Of a stretch of DNA of 64,000 bases, positions 43,790 through 53,685 are shown one piece after another. The stretch is from assembly GCA_033809515.1 (NCBI GenBank), contig JAPXLN010000001.1, positions 158,101 through 222,100 of the forward strand. Reading direction: 5' to 3'. Position numbers and translations under genes: made by a program. The stretch comes from Bacillota bacterium (GTDB lineage Bacteria; Bacillota; Sulfobacillia; Fermentithermobacillales; Fermentithermobacillaceae). Numbering within the stretch: the first letter of the stretch is position 1; every line of letters starts with the position of its first letter. The notes beneath the pieces are model-generated. The model did no database searches and had not been told where the DNA came from. It saw only the letters and a program-made list of their open reading frames with translations.

Positions 43790-45904
43790 TTGCATGAAAG
43801 GATGAACGATCCCGTCAAGGATCCCGCTTTAGACGTGGATCCTGCAGGCTTGGATCTCTCAGATCAAGATGGCGGCCAGTTCCTTGCCTCAGCCTTTGCA
43901 GCCGGCGGTCTGGCCTCAAAAGTTATCCCCGACTTCGAGGAACGACAGGAACAGATCAACATGGCCCTTGCCGTTTGGGAAACCATAGGCTCAAGCGGGC
44001 GCCTCTTAGTTGAAGCAGGCACAGGAACCGGCAAGTCTCTCGCATACCTTCTCCCTTGTGCCATCTGGTCGCTCAAGGCCAGAAAACGCGCCGTCATTTC
44101 TACCTATACCGTCAACCTTCAGGAACAACTGGTAAGCAAGGATTTGCCTATTGTAAGACGACTTCTTGAAGAGGCAGGACTCAGTCTGGAGTACGACCTC
44201 CTGAAAGGGAGAAACCATTATCTTTGTATCAGGCGGTGGAACCAGGCCTATGGCGAGACTGCCAGAACAACTTCCCTGGTGGTGGCCAGTCATGAGGAGA
44301 AGATCATAGAATCTCTCTTCGACCTGATAGAAGGAGGAGACTGGACAGGCGAAAGGACCGCCCTCCCTGAGCCTGTGCCGGATCAGGTCTGGCAGACTGT
44401 GTCTTCTGACAGCGAAAGATGCATGTCGTCTAAATGCCCCTATAAAGACAGATGCTTTTACCAAAATCAGAGGAAGCGTCTGGAACAGTGTAATTTGATA
44501 GTTGTCAACCACTCACTCCTGGCCGCCCATTATCTGGTATCGCAAGAAACCGGAGGCCAGGTGCGTATTATTCCTCAGTTTGACTGTATCGTCGTAGATG
44601 AGTCCCATCATCTGGAAGACGTTACGCGAAAAAGCCTCGGGGCTGAAGTGAGTCTTTCGAGATTCAGACGCTTGGTTGACGACACTGTCAGAACCGCTTC
44701 GGGAGGAACCCTCGGGGCATCGCTGGAAAGCAAGGATAGAAAAAACCTGAGAAACAAGCTGGACGAGATCTCAGCCGACCTTAGCCGGATTTTGCTCGAC
44801 ATAAGCTCTATTATTCCACGGGGAAAAGACAAGGCCAGGCAAAGGAAACCGAACGCCATAGACTCAAGCCTTATCACACGCTTAAGGTCTCTGGCAAGGG
44901 AAATGAAAGACTGGATGGATCTAAACCTGTCTGACGAGGAACGCTTTGAGGTACAGGCTCTTCAAAGACGTCTGATTGCCCTGACTATGGATATAGAGAG
45001 TGTGAACAATCTTGAAGGTGACGGAGATTCCTTCGTCTACTGGGCTGAATCAGTGACAGGACCTCGAAAAGGTCCGGTGGTTCTGAAACGATCACCCCTG
45101 GAAGTAGGACCGTATCTTCAAGAAGTCGCCTGGATACCCCTGAATTCGGCCATTTTTACCTCAGCGACCCTTGCCACCGGAGGGAATTTCGATTATCTGA
45201 AGGAAATGCTTGGCCTAGAAGATGCCAGAGAGATGATCCTGGGATCTCCCTTTGACTATGAAAACCAGGCATGCCTGTGCCTTCCTTCAAGCGGACATGA
45301 CGGAGACGTCAACAGCAATGCGTTCACCGAATACGTTGCATCACAGGTACTGGATATTGTCGATCTGACCTATGGAAGGGCATTCATCCTGTTTACAAAC
45401 AAAAGATCCCTCCACACAGTCGCAGAGCTGATTCAGGACAAGATTGAGGAGAAAGGGTATCCAGTGCTGAAGCAGGGAGACGCGCCCCGAGAAATCCTGC
45501 TGGAAGAGTTCAGGTCTCAAGGCAAGGCAGTCCTGTTCGGCCTTGATTCGTTCTGGGAGGGCGTGGATGTTCCGGGCGATGCCCTTTCCTGCGTTGTCCT
45601 TGTGAAACTCCCCTTTCCCGTACCTGACGACCCGGTCATGGAGGCACGGGAGGAGATATGGAAATCCAAAGGCCTTTCGCCTTTTACCCACTACAGCCTC
45701 CCGGTCACCGCGCTCAAACTCAAGCAAGGATTCGGACGTCTGATCCGCACCCGAACAGACCGGGGAGCGGTTGTGCTGCTGGACCCCCGGGTGCTGAGTC
45801 GTTCCTACGGCAAGTTCATTCTGAAAAGCCTTCCACCTGCAAGAATCACCAGAGACTTAGATGACGTAGCCAGGGCTGTATCTAAACCCCGGTCCCTCCC
45901 ATAA
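43790..45904 (+). CDS. DinG/YoaA family Fe-S DNA helicase
   Basis: VEAGTGTGKSLAYL, KGRNHYLC, Fe-S cysteines, VDESHH, TSATL, FWEGVD, QGFGRLIR; no N-terminal exonuclease domain. Confidence 0.92.
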   Translation: MHERMNDPVKDPALDVDPAGLDLSDQDGGQFLASAFAAGGLASKVIPDFEERQEQINMALAVWETIGSSGRLLVEAGTGTGKSLAYLLPCAIWSLKARKRAVISTYTVNLQEQLVSKDLPIVRRLLEEAGLSLEYDLLKGRNHYLCIRRWNQAYGETARTTSLVVASHEEKIIESLFDLIEGGDWTGERTALPEPVPDQVWQTVSSDSERCMSSKCPYKDRCFYQNQRKRLEQCNLIVVNHSLLAAHYLVSQETGGQVRIIPQFDCIVVDESHHLEDVTRKSLGAEVSLSRFRRLVDDTVRTASGGTLGASLESKDRKNLRNKLDEISADLSRILLDISSIIPRGKDKARQRKPNAIDSSLITRLRSLAREMKDWMDLNLSDEERFEVQALQRRLIALTMDIESVNNLEGDGDSFVYWAESVTGPRKGPVVLKRSPLEVGPYLQEVAWIPLNSAIFTSATLATGGNFDYLKEMLGLEDAREMILGSPFDYENQACLCLPSSGHDGDVNSNAFTEYVASQVLDIVDLTYGRAFILFTNKRSLHTVAELIQDKIEEKGYPVLKQGDAPREILLEEFRSQGKAVLFGLDSFWEGVDVPGDALSCVVLVKLPFPVPDDPVMEAREEIWKSKGLSPFTHYSLPVTALKLKQGFGRLIRTRTDRGAVVLLDPRVLSRSYGKFILKSLPPARITRDLDDVARAVSKPRSLP

Positions 45905-46982
45905 TATGAATGAGGTCTTTTAGGGCAGACGCTGCAGCTCCCACCACGTCAGACGCTCCGCCGGAAACGACAATGTCTCCCATCTCTTGGCTGCGGAACC
46001 TGATGGCCTTGGCAGTTCCGGGAAGGAACCTGAACGAGTGATCTGAGGAAACTGGCTCAGGCCCTACCGAAAGGCTTACGGTTCTCGTGCAATCCTTTCC
46101 GGGCTTTCCCGGGACATCTGTACACAGACCCGCCCTGGCCCTGGCAATAAGCCTTACAGGAGTGCCGTTTGCAGCCTGACGAACCACTTCCGCCGCCTCG
46201 AGACCGGTGATTCCCTGCCTCGTGACACTGTCAAGTTTCTCTCCGGTCTTCCATATGGAATTGGCGATAATCAAGATCTTAGCAGCTGAGTCATACCCTT
46301 CAACATCAAGAACCGGGTTAGCTTCTGCAACGCCCATGGCCTGAGCTTCAACAAGCGCCTCCCGGTACGATCTCCCGCAGGCCATACGGTTCAGTATCAA
46401 GTTCGTGGTGCCGTTCAATACGGCCTCAATCTCAAGTATTCGTGTACCTGCCATGCAGTACAACGCAGTATCAACCGTAGGCAAAGCTGCTGCTACAGCA
46501 CCGCTGTATCTCAAGACAGGGCCTTTCTCCCGGGAAAGTTTCAAAAGCTCCTCCATGGCCACAACAAGGGGGCCCTTGGCCAGGGTTACGGCAGAAAACC
46601 CCAGATTCATAGCCTTAATGAGGTGGCTGAGCCCCGGTTCGCCCGTAAACAGATCTGTGGGGGTGGCCTCAACTACCACGCCGGGGTGAGACATTTCGCA
46701 AGCAACCCTGCTAAGAACCGGCTCATAAGGTGCATTTCCAAGAGCCTTGCTGTGATCCGCATAGCTTGTGGCACCGGTTTCCCGCCAGCGCACAACTTCC
46801 TCCCAGGAAAGCCCCTGCAAAGAGACGAGGGAGCCGGTCCTCCCTCGCACTGCCACAAGAACCGGCTCCTTCCCTGTCTTCTCTGCTATGTAGGCAGCTT
46901 TTTCGTACAATAGCCTTGCGAAACTCATGCCCACCTTACCGGGGCCGTTAAGAAGAACCGGGACCTTCTGCCTGGCACTCAT
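45882..46982 (-). CDS. Homoserine dehydrogenase (short form, no ACT domain)
   Basis: G-x-G-x-VG, VEATPT, KGPL, AVAAALP, LNGTTN, AEANP-x-LDVEG-x-D-x-AAK. Confidence 0.85.
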   Translation of the reverse strand: MSARQKVPVLLNGPGKVGMSFARLLYEKAAYIAEKTGKEPVLVAVRGRTGSLVSLQGLSWEEVVRWRETGATSYADHSKALGNAPYEPVLSRVACEMSHPGVVVEATPTDLFTGEPGLSHLIKAMNLGFSAVTLAKGPLVVAMEELLKLSREKGPVLRYSGAVAAALPTVDTALYCMAGTRILEIEAVLNGTTNLILNRMACGRSYREALVEAQAMGVAEANPVLDVEGYDSAAKILIIANSIWKTGEKLDSVTRQGITGLEAAEVVRQAANGTPVRLIARARAGLCTDVPGKPGKDCTRTVSLSVGPEPVSSDHSFRFLPGTAKAIRFRSQEMGDIVVSGGASDVVGAAASALKDLIHIMGGTGV

Positions 46983-47866
46983 CTGATCACCCGGAGGTTC
47001 AGCTCCAGAAGGGTCTGCCTTATCTCTTCTTTGGGACCATCCTCAAGAGGAAGCATGGGACGTCTGGGCTCTCCGCCGAAGTAGCCTATCATATCAAGGG
47101 CCGCCTTGAGTCCCGCCACTCCGTACCTGGCTGTGACAAGTGAGTTGAGCTTAAGGATGCTCTTTTGCACGGTGCGGGCTTCCTCAAACTTGCCATTATT
47201 GACCAATTCGTAGATTCTAACGCACAGATCAGGAACAACGTTGGCCGATGCCAGAGTTCCGCCCTTAGCCCCCATCACCAAAGCTGGCATAAGGAAACTG
47301 GCTGAGCCTGCGAAGACAGCAAAGTCCCGGGGAACATCCCTCAGGATTTCGGAAATCTGGACTATGTTGCCGCTTGAATCCTTAATCCCCCTGATATTGG
47401 GATGGGTGCATAACCTCTTCACCAGGGAAGGAGTCATGTTCAGCCCTGTATTTCCAGGCATGTTGTAAAGAAGCACAGGTATGGGCGATTTGTCGGCCAC
47501 GTCACTGTAGTACTGTTCCAGGGCAGGTTCTTTCATGCTGGCTTTGAAGTAATGAGGGGAGATTATAAGGGCTGCTTGCGCTCCGGCATCAGCAGCTTTC
47601 TTAGTGAGCCGGACAGTAGCTCTTGTGCTTTCACACCCTGTGCCCGCAATGACCATTTTGTCTTTCGGGAAATGCTTGCGCGCGAAAGCCCAGAGTTCTA
47701 CTTTCTCGTCCTCATCGACATACGGCTGTTCACCGTTTGAGCCCAGAACAACGATCCCCGAAAGACCGGTGCTTCCCCATCTGGCAAGGTTTTCTTCCAG
47801 TCTGCCATAAGCAATCTCCTCTTCTGCAAACGGGGTCGGAATAGGAGCAAAGATGCCTCTGAACAT
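46979..47866 (-). CDS. DapA family aldolase (4-hydroxy-2-oxoglutarate aldolase-like)
   Basis: PIPTPF, GSNGE, LYNMP, GIKDSSG; start ATG after AAGGAGAGG. Confidence 0.85.
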   Translation of the reverse strand: MFRGIFAPIPTPFAEEEIAYGRLEENLARWGSTGLSGIVVLGSNGEQPYVDEDEKVELWAFARKHFPKDKMVIAGTGCESTRATVRLTKKAADAGAQAALIISPHYFKASMKEPALEQYYSDVADKSPIPVLLYNMPGNTGLNMTPSLVKRLCTHPNIRGIKDSSGNIVQISEILRDVPRDFAVFAGSASFLMPALVMGAKGGTLASANVVPDLCVRIYELVNNGKFEEARTVQKSILKLNSLVTARYGVAGLKAALDMIGYFGGEPRRPMLPLEDGPKEEIRQTLLELNLRVIR

Positions 47867-47949
47867 GCGGACCTCTCCTTTCATCGCCGGTTGTCTCACC
47901 ACGGTTACCTCTCCACGATTACCCCCACTGTTGCCTCTGCACGGTTACC

Positions 47950-50900
47950 TCAGCATTCGCTATACCCGCACGCCAGACACTTTAGACACCCTTCTATGTG
48001 GACCAAGTTCCAGGTGCCGCAAGACGGGCAGAGGCTGAACTTTTTCCCTGGAAGAAAAGGCAGCTCGTCCTGACGGGGGTGAGATTCCTCTTCAGACTCG
48101 CCCTCGGGTTTCCTTATGTGGTTGACATACTCGTCAATAAACTGGCCTATTGCATCGGGGACCGAGCGAACTCTGTTCGGGCCGAATCCTATGCTTCTTG
48201 AACCGCCTATACCCATAAGCTGGTCAGCGATTTCCTGGGGCTCGATTCCTGACCTCAGAGCTATTGATATCATCCTTGCAATCGCTTCGGTAAAAGCTGC
48301 CACATCGCTGCCTGCCTTGCCGATCTGGGCGAAGAGCTCTACCGGGTGCCCCTTAAGAGTGTTCAGGGTAAGGAACAGCTTACCAACGGGAGTCTCCTTG
48401 GCTGTTGTGAATCCCTCAAGGGTATCAGGGCGTTCGATTGGTCTAATCCTACCCCATACTCCGTTTACCCGGGCGGCCTTGCCGCCTGAACCGGTTTCGT
48501 CTTGCCCGTGCTCAGAATCTCCCACTCCCGGAGTCGCGTCACCCTTTGAGTCAACCCTGGCACCTACAGTCAAGACCTGCTCTTCCCGGCTGCCGTCTCT
48601 GTAGACAGTAACCCCCTTGCACCCAAGCTCATAAGCCCGAAGGAATACATCCTTCACATCTTCCCTTGTAGCTTCGCGACTGAAGTTGACCGTTTTCGAG
48701 ACGGCATTATGGGTGAACTTCTGAAAAGCTGCCTGCATCTGAACATGCCAATGAGGAGTGATCTCATGGGCCGTAACGAAAACACGGCGTACGCGTTCAG
48801 GCACTTCAGAAATGTCGTGTACAGCGCCGTGTTCGGCGATCTTCTCCATTAGCTCATCAGTGTGGAAGTTCAGTGCCCTGGCTACCCTTTCGAACCTCGG
48901 GTTTGCTTCCACCAGTTTCTTGTTGTCCAGCACGTTTCTGGTAAACGCTATGCTGAACAAAGGCTCTATTCCTGACGAAGCGCCGGCTATCATGCTGATA
49001 GTGCCGGTAGGAGCAATAGTCGTGGCAGTAGCGTTTCGAACCTTAACGCCCTTTTCGGCATAGATGCTCTTTTCGTAGTTAGCAAACACACCCCGGGTTG
49101 TCGCAAGTTCCTCAGACGCTTCGACCGCCTTCTTCTCGACAAACTCCATGACCCTCTCAGCAAGGTCCACAGCTTCCTGGGAGCTATATGGAACCCCAAG
49201 GTCCAGCAGCATATCAGCCCAACCCATTACTCCAAGGCCGATTTTCCTGTTGCCGTGAGCCATATCAGCTATCTCAGTCAGGGGGTATTTATTTGCATCT
49301 ATGAGGTTATCCAGGAAATGAACGCCGGTCTTTACCGTGCAGGCCATAGCCTCCCAATCCACAAGGCTCTCCGGCTTGATATCGCCCGAATCCTCCAATT
49401 CCCAAACAGGTTTTGTGAAGGCCCCCAGGTTGATAGAACCGAGACAGCATGCCTCGTATGGAAGCAACGGCTGTTCCCCACAGTTGGATACAACAAACCC
49501 GTTAGCAATGAACGAATGGCTGTAAGGAACTGTCAGGTCAAATACCTCTTTCTGACCGCAGGGCTCAACAAGATCGACTAGGTCGGCAGACTGCTGATAG
49601 TAGAAACCGCGCTTTCTTCGATCTAGTGCTTCCGCTGGATTCGAATACCTGTCGTCCAGAAACCCGATTATCTCAAGATACCGCTCTAGGTTATCACCGC
49701 TTATTTGCAGTTCAGAACACGTACCGTCTGACTCGTAGAATCGAGTAGAACCATTAATGCTCTGATAGGAGAAGTTCCTCCTTGGGGACCTGCTTCTATC
49801 ATATACTGAAGACCGAATTCCCAGGAAAAGCAGAAGTCTCTGAACATCCTCTACAAGTTGTCTAGACTTGGATGTTAGCCTAACGTAGGCGGTGTTATTC
49901 TCAGAAACAGCCATAGTGCCATTGGCCGTGAACAAACCCTTCAAGAAACCAACCACGGCTTCTTCAGTTGCCCGAAGTATGCTCTCAGGAACTCGCTTAT
50001 GCTCCGCGGAAACCGGCAACACGCCTAATCTCATGAAAAACTCCGCCAGCCAGCGTGAATGATAGCTCAGATGCCAAACACCGTTCTTTCTCCTAACCGC
50101 CTTGACGCTTCTACCGTACCATTCATCCAAGCATTCCTTGATAATCTGCATCACGTGACTATCAGTCTTGGAAAAAGCGAAACCCACGCGACTGTTCCTT
50201 TCGTCGTATCTGAGCCAACCATCCCCTACAAGCCATCCTAAGACCACACCCAAACCAGCTGACCATTCATTGGGCAGGTTCAGCTCGTAGACTCTGCCGT
50301 TTGCTCCCATGGGGCAGTTGTCTACCTTGAAGGGTAACACTGCTTGCTCTGAAAATGTGCATCTACCAGACTGAAGAAGCACCCTATCTTTCCCGGGCCT
50401 AAGTTTCTCTGCAGGCACCCAGCCTCGTGTAGTCATCATCCGGTGATCGGGAGTCACTTCGACGGCAAAACCATGTTTGGTCGTGATCTTGACTACATCC
50501 TTGACACCTGTACGAAATGCTCTCGAAATGGGCGTCAGCTCAATGCCCGAAGCAGACAGAGCAGCCATACCTGTGGTGCCCTCCAAAGAGGAGCTGTTTA
50601 CCGTTCTGGTATCGATGGCAACACTCAGGCCGCCGTCACACCATTTCTCTGCGATCTCCTGTATTGGCACTAGCCCAAGTTCTGTAGACACCAGTGCGTC
50701 TCCAACCACGCAAGGATTGGTGCTTTCAATCTCGCCTATCTCAGGCGTAGGGTTGTCCCTGTTCAGGCGGTCGAGGAACACAATCCCGGGTTCACCGTTC
50801 TGCCACGCCTGGTCAACGACTTTCTCAAATACCTCTCTGGCGTTGAGTTTTCCGGTGACCTTGCCATTCCTGGGATTGACCAGCTCATACTCTTCACCTG

Positions 50901-51879
50901 CTCCAACCGCTTCCATGAATCTCTCTGTGATGCCAACGGATATGTTGAAATTCGTAAGCTCTTTTGTATCTGTCTTGCAGGTGATGAACTCCAGTATGTC
51001 CGGATGGTCCACCCGGAGAATCCCCATGTTGGCGCCCCGGCGAACGCCGCCTTGTTTGACCGCTTCGGTAGCGGCATTAAAGACCTTCATGAAAGAAACA
51101 GGGCCTGACGCCACGCCTCCGGTGGAACGGACAACGTCGTTCTTAGGCCTTAGCCTGCTGAAACTGAAGCCTGTACCGCCTCCTGACTGGTGAATGAGTG
51201 CGGCATTTTTCAGCGAATCAAAAATGCTTGCCATAGAGTCGTCAACAGGCAGCACGAAACACGCGGAAAGCTGCTGAAGCTCCCTTCCTGCGTTTATCAG
51301 TGCAGGCGAGTTTGGCAGGAACTTACCCCGGGTCATGGTTTCATAGAATCTTTCCGCCGTCTCGGCCAGCTTATCCTTACTCATTTCCACCTGAGCCTTA
51401 AGCTCATCCCAGGTGCATCTCATCACATTCTCTTCTGAAAGCCTTTCAAAACCGGTTTTTAGAGTAGCCCAATCCCACTCGGTGACTTCAAAATCCCGGC
51501 AGGAGCCAGAGATCTCACAGGCCTGCTCGCTGCCGGTTTGCTCGCCGCCGGTTTGCTCACCGCAAACCCGGGTTCCGTCATCCTGGTCACAACCGGCCAC
51601 TTGCCTGCGCCCCATGTAAACCGCCGGATGGTACAAGACATCCATAAGTGCGATGTTCTTAGCAACACGCCAGAACATCTCCTCAGGCGATTCAAGGATC
51701 TTTCCTTCTTCGTCTTTGCAAAGATAACGTTTTTCAAGAACAGTAAGTGCGCTCTCGGTCAACGGAAGCGAAGTGCGAGCACTAATCTCGGACACAAATA
51801 TTCCCCCTGGTTGCCTCATGGCCATATACTCTGAATCTCCGCTTGGGTACACTCGCCCAACAGGCCTAAGTTCAGACAC
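47950..51879 (-). CDS. nrdJ: Class II adenosylcobalamin-dependent ribonucleotide reductase with an intein and C-terminal TSCPD/Zn-ribbon region
   Basis: FLPNSP, LSACFV, QGGVRRGANM, TNP|CGEQ split by an intein, TIAPTG, KGVTVYRDGSR, terminal CPSC...CLACGYSEC; start may be GTG 51795. Confidence 0.93.
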   Translation of the reverse strand: MSELRPVGRVYPSGDSEYMAMRQPGGIFVSEISARTSLPLTESALTVLEKRYLCKDEEGKILESPEEMFWRVAKNIALMDVLYHPAVYMGRRQVAGCDQDDGTRVCGEQTGGEQTGSEQACEISGSCRDFEVTEWDWATLKTGFERLSEENVMRCTWDELKAQVEMSKDKLAETAERFYETMTRGKFLPNSPALINAGRELQQLSACFVLPVDDSMASIFDSLKNAALIHQSGGGTGFSFSRLRPKNDVVRSTGGVASGPVSFMKVFNAATEAVKQGGVRRGANMGILRVDHPDILEFITCKTDTKELTNFNISVGITERFMEAVGAGEEYELVNPRNGKVTGKLNAREVFEKVVDQAWQNGEPGIVFLDRLNRDNPTPEIGEIESTNPCVVGDALVSTELGLVPIQEIAEKWCDGGLSVAIDTRTVNSSSLEGTTGMAALSASGIELTPISRAFRTGVKDVVKITTKHGFAVEVTPDHRMMTTRGWVPAEKLRPGKDRVLLQSGRCTFSEQAVLPFKVDNCPMGANGRVYELNLPNEWSAGLGVVLGWLVGDGWLRYDERNSRVGFAFSKTDSHVMQIIKECLDEWYGRSVKAVRRKNGVWHLSYHSRWLAEFFMRLGVLPVSAEHKRVPESILRATEEAVVGFLKGLFTANGTMAVSENNTAYVRLTSKSRQLVEDVQRLLLFLGIRSSVYDRSRSPRRNFSYQSINGSTRFYESDGTCSELQISGDNLERYLEIIGFLDDRYSNPAEALDRRKRGFYYQQSADLVDLVEPCGQKEVFDLTVPYSHSFIANGFVVSNCGEQPLLPYEACCLGSINLGAFTKPVWELEDSGDIKPESLVDWEAMACTVKTGVHFLDNLIDANKYPLTEIADMAHGNRKIGLGVMGWADMLLDLGVPYSSQEAVDLAERVMEFVEKKAVEASEELATTRGVFANYEKSIYAEKGVKVRNATATTIAPTGTISMIAGASSGIEPLFSIAFTRNVLDNKKLVEANPRFERVARALNFHTDELMEKIAEHGAVHDISEVPERVRRVFVTAHEITPHWHVQMQAAFQKFTHNAVSKTVNFSREATREDVKDVFLRAYELGCKGVTVYRDGSREEQVLTVGARVDSKGDATPGVGDSEHGQDETGSGGKAARVNGVWGRIRPIERPDTLEGFTTAKETPVGKLFLTLNTLKGHPVELFAQIGKAGSDVAAFTEAIARMISIALRSGIEPQEIADQLMGIGGSRSIGFGPNRVRSVPDAIGQFIDEYVNHIRKPEGESEEESHPRQDELPFLPGKKFSLCPSCGTWNLVHIEGCLKCLACGYSEC
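49483..50712 (-). mobile_element. Intein (410 aa) with a LAGLIDADG homing endonuclease domain
   Basis: Block A CVVGDALV, block B VEVTPDH, LGWLVGDG and LKGLFTANG, block F VFDLTV, block G FIANGFVVSN followed by extein Cys; splicing restores TNPCGEQ. Confidence 0.93.
51524..51563. repeat. 15-bp tandem repeat (about 2.7 copies) inside nrdJ
   Basis: TGCTCGCTGCCGGTT / TGCTCGCCGCCGGTT / TGCTCACCGC, encoding GEQTG-GEQTG-SEQ. Confidence 0.75.
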
Positions 51880-51907
51880 GGCGGTGAGCTGCTATCTTCC
51901 CATGTCT

Positions 51908-52387
51908 CTACAGGCTGCGCTTGTCAATGCACCCTTTTTCCCTCAGGATCTGCTCGAGTTCCTCACGGAATCCGGCCAGATCCTGAAACTCCCTATACAC
52001 TGATGCAAACCTTACGTAAGCAACGTCGTCAATGGCCCGGAGCTTGGCCATGACTGCCTCACCGATTTCCGTCGATGTGACCTCTCCTCTCCCGGTCTCT
52101 CGAAGCGCCCTCTCAACCTCGGACGATGCCCTTTCCAAAACCTCAAGGGCAATTGGTCGTTTCTCGCATGCCTTGAGCATCCCCGAAAGGATTTTCTGTC
52201 TGGAGAACATTTCCCGGCGCCTGTCCTTCTTCACAACAAGCAAAGGCGTTTCTTCAACTCGTTCGTAAGTGGTGAACCGGCGACTGCATTCCGGACACTC
52301 GCGCCGCCGGCGTATGGCGGTAACGTCTTCTGTAGGGCGAGATTCGAGAACGCGCGAATCAAGGTACCCGCAAAAAGGGCATTTCAA
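51908..52387 (-). CDS. nrdR: Transcriptional repressor NrdR
   Basis: KCPFC, IRRRREC, RFTTYE, ATP cone, [10 protein letters not shown]; TTG start. Confidence 0.96.
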   Translation of the reverse strand: MKCPFCGYLDSRVLESRPTEDVTAIRRRRECPECSRRFTTYERVEETPLLVVKKDRRREMFSRQKILSGMLKACEKRPIALEVLERASSEVERALRETGRGEVTSTEIGEAVMAKLRAIDDVAYVRFASVYREFQDLAGFREELEQILREKGCIDKRSL

Positions 52388-52453
52388 AGGAAAGACCCGC
52401 CTTTCGTGGAATTCCTTGCCAGACCTGCATCCGGTCACACCGAACATTTGTTG

Positions 52454-52470
52454 GCCCCATATCTAGGTCT
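52454..52470. promoter_or_regulatory. Possible NrdR box
   Basis: CCCCATATCTAGGT resembles CACWATATATWGTG, upstream of nrdR-nrdJ. Confidence 0.4.
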
Positions 52471-52475
52471 GGTCC

Positions 52476-52892
52476 CTATCCTTCTACGCTATCCCTGGGT
52501 TCTCCTGCCTTCCACCGAGCTTTTTCAACGAATTTCTCCTTTGCTACTAAGAAGCGTTCATGGGTGCCATAGCCAACCTGCTCAACACTGTCATGTACCT
52601 GAACGTCAAACACCAACCGCCTGCCGTCCCGGGAAATCAGCCTTGACGTGGCGGTCACTTGGAGACCAGGGGGAGTAGGCGCAACATGATGGATGTTGAT
52701 AAGAGTGCCAACGGTGGTCTCACCTTCTTCCAGAAAAGGTCTCACTGCGTCAACTGCAGCTTCTTCAACAAGCAACACCAGAGTGGGAGTAGAGAATACC
52801 TCAACCTCTCCGCTTCCTGTAGTACAAGCAAGGTTGTCACGGGTCACTGTACAAGACGCACGTCCCGAAACACCCACGGGAATGTTTTTCAT
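52476..52892 (-). CDS. Fluoroacetyl-CoA thioesterase (FlK)-like hot-dog protein
   Basis: GSG, VFSTP, E, TTVGT, H-x-x-PTP, GTHER motifs. Confidence 0.88.
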   Translation of the reverse strand: MKNIPVGVSGRASCTVTRDNLACTTGSGEVEVFSTPTLVLLVEEAAVDAVRPFLEEGETTVGTLINIHHVAPTPPGLQVTATSRLISRDGRRLVFDVQVHDSVEQVGYGTHERFLVAKEKFVEKARWKAGEPRDSVEG

Positions 52893-53077
52893 GGCTTTTC
52901 AGCAGGCCAAAGCATATGGAACACAGACCTGCCAGAACTCACCTCCAAAAGATCAGTATAAGCAAAACCGCTCAAATCTGTCCGGGTGAAATCTTTGATG
53001 TTTCTGTGTAAGATCAATAGGACCGATTGGATCATATAGGCCAATGCCCAATAAGGAAAGCAGGGGATCATAAGAGC

Positions 53078-53680
53078 ATGTCCGGAGCATATGCAGAAAA
53101 CACCCTTCCGCGCTCTTTCTACTCAAAGCGTGCGCTTGAAGTCGCCCCTCTTCTCCTGGGATGCATACTCGTATGCAATTCACCGGAAGGCGTCACAGCA
53201 GGGATTATTTCAGAAACCGAAGCTTACGAGGGACCCGAAGACCGGGCCTGCCATGCCTTCAACGGTCGCCGGACACCCAGAAACGAGGTTATGTACGGAC
53301 CTCCGGGATACGCCTATGTGTATTTCACTTACGGCATGCATTACATGCTCAACGCAGTGACAGCTCCGGAAGGGACTCCTCACGCAGTCCTGATACGGTC
53401 AGTAATACCTGTTGCCGGGCAAGCCATCATGCGCGCAAGACGCCTGGGAAGGGAGCCTTTATCCCAGGGCCCCGGAAGACTCACCCAGGCAATGGGCATA
53501 ACCGGATATCACAACGGCGCTGACCTAGCCGGAAATAGCCTGTTTATCGCGTTTCCTAGGGGGAGGCTCCATGAAAAGCCCCAATACGATGTCACGTCCA
53601 GGATCGGGGTGGATTACTCCGGGGAAGCTAAGGACTACCCCTGGCGATTTATCTTGCGCAACATGGGAAGGGAGGCCTAA
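53078..53680 (+). CDS. DNA-3-methyladenine glycosylase (AAG/MPG family)
   Basis: ETEAY, ACH, YVYFTYGMH, AVLIR, GPGRL, RIGV. Confidence 0.92.
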   Translation: MSGAYAENTLPRSFYSKRALEVAPLLLGCILVCNSPEGVTAGIISETEAYEGPEDRACHAFNGRRTPRNEVMYGPPGYAYVYFTYGMHYMLNAVTAPEGTPHAVLIRSVIPVAGQAIMRARRLGREPLSQGPGRLTQAMGITGYHNGADLAGNSLFIAFPRGRLHEKPQYDVTSRIGVDYSGEAKDYPWRFILRNMGREA

Positions 53681-53685
53681 CCCTC

